This document shows, piece by piece, positions 7,020-11,818 of a stretch of DNA of 11,818 nt. The notes below the pieces were generated by a model. It ran no database searches. It had not been told where the DNA came from and was given only the letters and a program-made list of their open reading frames with translations. Every line of letters begins with the position of its first letter. Within the stretch, counting starts at the first letter, position 1. The stretch comes from Candidatus Krumholzibacteriia bacterium (GTDB taxonomy: Bacteria; Krumholzibacteriota; Krumholzibacteriia; LZORAL124-64-63): the NCBI GenBank assembly GCA_036351155.1, contig JAZBOO010000111.1:1-11818 (forward strand), written 5' to 3'. The position numbers and the translations under genes are program-made.

Positions 7020-8437
7020 AAGTCTACGAGAAGTCACCTTCCCTGTACCAGGTCTTCGAGCGCAAGAGCGGTCCGGCCAAGGAAGCCACCCACTACTGCC
7101 CCGGCTGCGGTCACGGGAACATCCACAAGATGATTGCCGAGGCCCTGGAAGACCTGGGCCTGACCGACCGGTCGGTCTTCGTGTCGCCGGTGGGCTGCTC
7201 GGTGTTCGGTTACTACTACTTCGATTGCGGCAACTACCAGGCGGCCCACGGGCGCGCCCCTGCCGTGGCCACCGCCGTCAAGCGCACCAATCCCAACAGC
7301 ATCGTCATGTCCTACCAGGGCGACGGCGATCTGGCAGCCATCGGCACGGCCGAGACCATCCATGCGGCCAACCGGGGCGAGAACATCTGTGTGTTCTTCG
7401 TGAACAATGCCATTTACGGCATGACCGGCGGCCAGATGGCGCCCACCACCATGCTGGGCCAGCGCAGCACGACCACGCCGCAGGGACGCCTGGAAAACAC
7501 CCATGGCAATCCCATCAAGATGGCCGAGATGCTGGCCACTTTGCCCGCCCCGACCTACATCGAACGCGTGGCCATCGGGCACAGCAAGCACATCATGAAG
7601 GCCCGCAAGGCCATCCGCAAGGCGCTCAAGATCCAGGCCGAGGGCAAGGGATACAGCTTCGTCGAGATCGTGTCGGCCTGTCCCACCGGCTGGAAGATGG
7701 ATCCCGTCATGTCCCGAGACTGGCTGGTCGACGACATGCTGCAGCAATTCCCGCTGGGCGTGTTCAAGGACGAGAGTGACAACCGGGATGAGGGCAGCTG
7801 GGACCGGGTGTGCGACGAGTACGACCCGGCCACCGTCAACGCCTACCTGGATCGGCTGAAGTCCCCCTTCGATGGCGACGAGAAGCAGGAACTGAAGCAG
7901 GACCTGCATTGCAAGTTTGCCGGATTCGGTGGGCAGGGCATCCTGACCCTGGGCCTGTTCCTGTCTCAGGTGGGCATGCGCGCCGGCCATCAGGTGAGCT
8001 GGTTCCCCGCTTACGGTCCGGAAATGCGGGGTGGCACCGCCAACTGCTCGGTCAACGTGGCCAGTGAGCGTATCGGCACCCCGCTGGTCGACCACCCCAA
8101 CGTGCTGGTGGTCATGAACCAGCCTTCGCTGGATGCGTTCGAAAGTGAAGTGGTCGACGGCGGCACCATCATCGTCGACACGACGGTGGTCGAGGGGCGT
8201 CCGGACAGCGACCGGTTGAACGTGGTCTTGATTCCGGCCAGCGACATTGCCGACGAGGTGGGCACCCCCAAGGTGGCCAATGTGGTGGTGCTGGGCGCCC
8301 TGGTGGCGGCAACTGACGCTTATGATGCCGATTTCACCATGGACACCCTGCGCGCGGCGATCAAGAAGAAGAGCCTGATCGACATGAACATGGAGGCTTT
8401 CCGGCGCGGCTACGATTACGTCAAAAACGGAGGCTGA
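7016..8437 (+). CDS. 2-oxoacid:ferredoxin oxidoreductase fused beta (TPP-binding) plus gamma subunit, VorA-like, 473 aa
   Basis: Beta part: HYCPGCGHG, SPVGC, HGRAPAVA, YQGDGD, NNAIYGMTGGQ, SACPTGW. Gamma part: AGFGGQG, YGPEMRGGTANC, ANVVVLGAL, NMEAFRRG. ATGA overlap with the vorB stop. Confidence 0.92.
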   Translation: MKVYEKSPSLYQVFERKSGPAKEATHYCPGCGHGNIHKMIAEALEDLGLTDRSVFVSPVGCSVFGYYYFDCGNYQAAHGRAPAVATAVKRTNPNSIVMSYQGDGDLAAIGTAETIHAANRGENICVFFVNNAIYGMTGGQMAPTTMLGQRSTTTPQGRLENTHGNPIKMAEMLATLPAPTYIERVAIGHSKHIMKARKAIRKALKIQAEGKGYSFVEIVSACPTGWKMDPVMSRDWLVDDMLQQFPLGVFKDESDNRDEGSWDRVCDEYDPATVNAYLDRLKSPFDGDEKQELKQDLHCKFAGFGGQGILTLGLFLSQVGMRAGHQVSWFPAYGPEMRGGTANCSVNVASERIGTPLVDHPNVLVVMNQPSLDAFESEVVDGGTIIVDTTVVEGRPDSDRLNVVLIPASDIADEVGTPKVANVVVLGALVAATDAYDADFTMDTLRAAIKKKSLIDMNMEAFRRGYDYVKNGG

Positions 8438-8462
8438 TCCGGCCGCCGATCCCATACAGGTG

Positions 8463-8502
8463 GCGACCGGCCCGGCCTCGGCTGTGGTCGGTCGCTTTTT
8501 TT
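8463..8502 (+). terminator. Rho-independent terminator after the oxidoreductase operon
   Basis: GCGACCGGCC (8463-8472) pairs with GGTCGGTCGC (8486-8495) with one G-U pair, has an inner CGGC/GCTG stem, and is followed by T7 (8496-8502). Confidence 0.8.
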
Positions 8503-8534
8503 CCAGGAGCCAACGGGCAAGGAGATCGCACATC

Positions 8535-9665
8535 ATGATCATCGGAATTCCCCGGTCGAGGACCGCGGACGAGAACCGGGTGGGATTGCCGCCCCGGGCC
8601 GTACACAATTTGACCCAGACGGGTTGTGAAGTCCTGGTCGAACGCCATGCCGGACTGGGCAGCGGTTTCTCCGACGACCAGTTTGAAAAGGCCGGCGCCC
8701 GTGTGGTGCACTCCAACGAGGAAGTGTTCGGACGTGCCGATCTGGTGGTCAAGGTCAACAAGCCGGAACCGGCGGAGTACGACCTGATCCGTGAAGGTCA
8801 GGCCATCATGTCCTTCCTCCATCTGGCCGTGGCCGATCCCGGCCTGGTCGATGTGCTCCTGGACCGCAAATGCACGGCCATCGATCTGGCCTGTGTGCAG
8901 GATGACCGGGGCGGCCTGCCCGCCCTGCGCCCCCTGTCCCAGATCGCCGGCCGTATGGTCGCCCAGATCGCGGCCCGCTATCTGCAGACGGACCATGGCG
9001 GGATGGGTATCCTGCTGGGCGGGGCTCCGGCCGTCCCTCCGGCCGAAGTGGTGGTCATCGGAGCCGGGACCGTTGGCCGCAACGCTGTGCGCGCCTGCGT
9101 GGGAGCCGGTGCTCGGGTGACCTTGCTGGACACCGACCATGACCGTATCACCGAGATCGACTGGACCTTCCCGGGTCAGGTCACCACCTTTCGGGCCACC
9201 GAAGCGGCCCTGCGCAAGGTGCTGGCCTATGCCGACGTGGTGGTCGGGGCCGTGTTGATTCCGGGTTCGCGGACTCCTCATCTGGTGACCAAGGAAATGA
9301 TCGGTCTGCTCCGGGACAAGAGCCTGATCATCGATATCTCCGTGGACCAGGGCGGGTGCTTCGAAACCAGCCGTCCCACGCGGCTGAGCGATCCCACCTA
9401 CGTGGTCGACGGCATCACCCACTACTGCGTGCCCAACCTTTCCAGCCTGGTGGCTCGATCGGCCTCCTATGCCATGTCCAACGTCATCGAGCCCTACCTG
9501 CAGGCCGTGGCCGAGCAGGGACTGGAAAAGGCTCTGACCGTCAACGCCACCCTGGCGAGGGGCGTGAATACCTATGGCGGCAAGGTCACCCATCCGGCCC
9601 TGGGCGAGTTCCGGCCCGACAGTTTCTCTTCCCTGGAAGAGTTGCGAAACGGGGGCGTATCGTGA
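8535..9665 (+). CDS. ald: Alanine dehydrogenase-family protein (AlaDH/PNT fold), divergent, 376 aa
   Basis: Motifs MIIGIP...ENRV, AGLGSGFSD, FLHLA, IAGRM, GILLGG.P.V, IGAGTVG, GAVLIPG, DISVDQGGCFETSRPT, HYCVPN. AAGGAG upstream of ATG 8535. Family is clear; activity is uncertain (see findings). Confidence 0.85.
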   Translation: MIIGIPRSRTADENRVGLPPRAVHNLTQTGCEVLVERHAGLGSGFSDDQFEKAGARVVHSNEEVFGRADLVVKVNKPEPAEYDLIREGQAIMSFLHLAVADPGLVDVLLDRKCTAIDLACVQDDRGGLPALRPLSQIAGRMVAQIAARYLQTDHGGMGILLGGAPAVPPAEVVVIGAGTVGRNAVRACVGAGARVTLLDTDHDRITEIDWTFPGQVTTFRATEAALRKVLAYADVVVGAVLIPGSRTPHLVTKEMIGLLRDKSLIIDISVDQGGCFETSRPTRLSDPTYVVDGITHYCVPNLSSLVARSASYAMSNVIEPYLQAVAEQGLEKALTVNATLARGVNTYGGKVTHPALGEFRPDSFSSLEELRNGGVS

Positions 9666-10987
9666 CCTGGCTGCAAACTTACCGTTCTCGCCTGAAGTCC
9701 GCCGATGAAGCGGCCACCCTGGTGTCCAGTGGGCAAAACGTCTACCTGGGGTCGGGCTGTGCCGTGCCCCACGATCTGGTGGCGGCTCTCACTCGCCGGG
9801 CACCCGAGATCACCGACGTGCAGATCATCCATCACCTGACCATGGGAGAGGTGCCCTACATCGGCCGGGAAATGGAGAAGCATTTCCGGTGCAACGCCTG
9901 CTTCGTCGGCAGCAATCTGCGGGAGGCCGTCAACGAGGGGCGCGTCGATTATGTGCCGGTGCATCTGCACGAGATGGCCCGGCTGTTCCGGCGCAAGGAG
10001 ATTCCCCTGGACTGTGCCATGGTGGTTCTCAGTCCCCCCGATGAGCACGGGTTCTGCAGCTTCGGCATCGAAGTGGGTGTGACCAAATCCGCGGCCCTGG
10101 CCGCCGGCGTCATCATCGCCGAGATCAATCGCCAGATGCCCCGCACCCTGGGGGACAGCTTCATCCACGTGTCCAAGATCGACGCGTTCGTGGAAGTGGA
10201 CCGGCCCATGGACGAGTTCCGTCCCGAGCCTTCCACCGACATCGAAAAAGCCATCGGGAAAAACGTGGCCTCCTTGATCGGGGACGAAGCTTGCCTGCAG
10301 CTGGGGCTGGGGTCGGTTCCCAATGCCGTGCTGGAATTTCTGGGCGACCACCAGGACCTGGGTGTTCACACCGAGATGTTCACCGAGGCCCTGCCCGACC
10401 TGGTGACCCGCGGCATCGTCACCGGCGAAAAGAAGAACTTCCACCCGGGCAAGGTGGTGGCCGGTTTCATCATGGGCACCCGCGCGGTGTATGATTTTGC
10501 CCACGACAACGCTCTGATCGAATTCCACCCCACCGACTACGTCAATCACCCCGTGAACATTGCGCGCAACGACAACATGGTGGCGGTCAACAGCGCTCTG
10601 CAGGTTGATCTGACGGGCCAGGTGTGTTCCGACTCCATCGGGCAGACCATCTACAGCGGCTTTGGCGGGCAGGCGGACTTCATCCGGGGGGCGGCCATGA
10701 GCAAGGGCGGCTTGCCCATCATTGCCCTTCCATCAACGACCAGTGACGGTCATCTCTCCCGCATCGTCCCGCACCTGGACCTGGGGGCGGGAGTGGTGCT
10801 GACCCGGGCGGACGTGCACGTGGTGGTCACCGAATACGGGGTGGCGCACATGCTGGGGCGCAATGTCCGGCAGAGGGCCGAGGCCCTCATCGGCATTGCC
10901 CATCCGGACTTCCAGGAGGATCTGCTGAAGCAGGCGCGTCAGCGTGGGCTCTTCGGTCCCCTCTGGTCTGTTGACAAAAAGTCATAG
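9662..10987 (+). CDS. Acetyl-CoA hydrolase/transferase family protein (4-hydroxybutyrate CoA-transferase Cat2/AbfT-like), 441 aa
   Basis: GTG start at 9662 overlaps the ald TGA (GTGA). Motifs SPPDEHGFCSFG, N.QMPRT.GD, LQLGLGSVPNAV, GVHTEMF (catalytic Glu), NSALQVDLTGQVCSDSIG, YSGFGGQADF.RGA..SKGG, VVTEYGVA, IAHPDF. Confidence 0.92.
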   Translation: MTWLQTYRSRLKSADEAATLVSSGQNVYLGSGCAVPHDLVAALTRRAPEITDVQIIHHLTMGEVPYIGREMEKHFRCNACFVGSNLREAVNEGRVDYVPVHLHEMARLFRRKEIPLDCAMVVLSPPDEHGFCSFGIEVGVTKSAALAAGVIIAEINRQMPRTLGDSFIHVSKIDAFVEVDRPMDEFRPEPSTDIEKAIGKNVASLIGDEACLQLGLGSVPNAVLEFLGDHQDLGVHTEMFTEALPDLVTRGIVTGEKKNFHPGKVVAGFIMGTRAVYDFAHDNALIEFHPTDYVNHPVNIARNDNMVAVNSALQVDLTGQVCSDSIGQTIYSGFGGQADFIRGAAMSKGGLPIIALPSTTSDGHLSRIVPHLDLGAGVVLTRADVHVVVTEYGVAHMLGRNVRQRAEALIGIAHPDFQEDLLKQARQRGLFGPLWSVDKKS

Positions 10988-10999
10988 TGTAGACATTTT
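10971..10999 (+). promoter_or_regulatory. Possible sigma70-type promoter for the NtrC-type gene
   Basis: Perfect TTGACA at 10971-10976, a 17-nt spacer, and a weak -10 (CATTTT, 10994-10999). Confidence 0.35.
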
Positions 11000-11058
11000 G
11001 TCGACCACCGGGCGCTGATTCTTTTCCAGCACCTTCCATTCAACGGGGAGCCCTCGCA

Positions 11059-11817
11059 GTGAGTGATTTTTCCGTATCGGTCAAAGGTGATGGGCCCACG
11101 CCAGCACCCCAGCCGGCGCCGGCCGTCATCCTGGTGGTCGACGACGAGATCGAACTGGGCCGCGCCCTCAGCAAGTTGTTGACCCGTAATGGTTACAAGG
11201 TTTTGACGGCCCTCAACGGTGAAGAGGGGCTGGCGGTTTTGCGGCAGGAGAGCGTCGATCTGGTGCTCTCGGACCTGCAGATGCCCAGGATGGGAGGGCT
11301 GGACCTTCTCCGGGCAGGCCGGGTGATCAGTCCCCAGACCGAATTTGTCATCATCACCGGGCATGGCACCATCGAGACCGCCGTGGGTGCCATGAAGACC
11401 GGGGCCTACGACTTCATCGAGAAGCCATTTTCCACCACGACCACCCTCAAGGTGGTGCGCAAGGCCCTGGAAAAGCAGCAGCTCCTGGCCGAGAACCAGG
11501 AACTCCGCCGCAAGCTGGATGCCGCCCAGGGCGATGACACCATCATCGGCAACAGCGAATCCATGCGCGCGGCCGTGGAGACGGCCCGCCAGGTGGCCGC
11601 CAGTAGCGCCACCATCTTCCTGACCGGAGAGAGCGGCACGGGGAAAGAAGTTTTTGCCTCCGCCATTCGCCGCTGGAGCGAGCGCTCGCAGCGGGAAATG
11701 GTGCGGGTGAGTTGCGCCGCCCTTCCCGAAACCTTGCTGGAGGCCGAGCTCTTCGGCTACGAACAGGGGGCCTTCACCGGGGCGGTGGGACAGAGGAAGG
11801 GGCGCTTCGAGGTGGCC
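11059..11817 (+). CDS. Sigma54-dependent two-component response regulator (NtrC/AtoC/ZraR family), truncated by the window edge
   Basis: Not in the ORF track; read manually in frame +1. GGGGAG RBS then GTG at 11059. Receiver ILVVDDE...VLSDLQMPRMGG...ITGHGTIETAVGAMKTGAYDFIEKP; AAA+ domain IIGNS, Walker A GESGTGKE, CAALPETLLEAELFGYEQGAFTGA, GRFE. Confidence 0.95.
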   Translation, partial: MSDFSVSVKGDGPTPAPQPAPAVILVVDDEIELGRALSKLLTRNGYKVLTALNGEEGLAVLRQESVDLVLSDLQMPRMGGLDLLRAGRVISPQTEFVIITGHGTIETAVGAMKTGAYDFIEKPFSTTTTLKVVRKALEKQQLLAENQELRRKLDAAQGDDTIIGNSESMRAAVETARQVAASSATIFLTGESGTGKEVFASAIRRWSERSQREMVRVSCAALPETLLEAELFGYEQGAFTGAVGQRKGRFEVA

Positions 11818-11818
11818 C

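Noticed and set aside
8460..8534. N-terminal extension of ald
   Set aside because: It runs through the terminator; the family start MIIG and an AAGGAG RBS support 8535.
9356..9661. 102-aa N-terminal extension of the CoA-transferase, or an ald-transferase frameshift fusion
   Set aside because: It overlaps the conserved ald C-terminus in another frame; the GTGA overlap at 9662 is an ordinary coupled start and I see no slippery site.
5925..10549. Long minus-strand ORFs (334, 575, 390 and 325 aa) opposite the oxidoreductase, ald and CoA-transferase genes
   Set aside because: Each mirrors a well-supported plus-strand gene, as expected in high-GC DNA.
1..11818. CRISPR arrays, tRNA/rRNA, insertion sequences, riboswitches
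   Set aside because: I saw no regularly spaced repeats, transposase or integrase motifs, cloverleaf structures or recognisable riboswitch cores. A covariance-model search was not possible.

Overview
GC-rich bacterial chromosomal window dominated by acyl-CoA and 2-oxoacid metabolism. Minus strand (left): a PccB-type carboxyltransferase followed by a biotin carboxylase that runs off the left edge, an atypical membrane-anchored hybrid histidine kinase, and a small acidic secreted OB-fold-like protein with a distinctive C-terminal tail (VDTEDKSLSSLKALYR). Plus strand, after a 385-bp divergent spacer: enoyl-CoA hydratase, a Vor-type 2-oxoacid:ferredoxin oxidoreductase operon (2x[4Fe-4S] ferredoxin, alpha-type subunit, fused beta-gamma subunit) preceded by a near-consensus Fur box, a divergent alanine-dehydrogenase-like gene translationally coupled to a family I CoA-transferase, and the 5' part of an NtrC-type sigma54 activator. 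I saw no RNA genes, mobile elements or CRISPR arrays. The best leads are the putative C-terminal sorting signal, the Ald homologue with altered active-site residues, the kinase with degenerate H- and F-boxes, and the Fur box upstream of an iron-consuming operon. All family calls come from motif recognition by eye; no searches were run.
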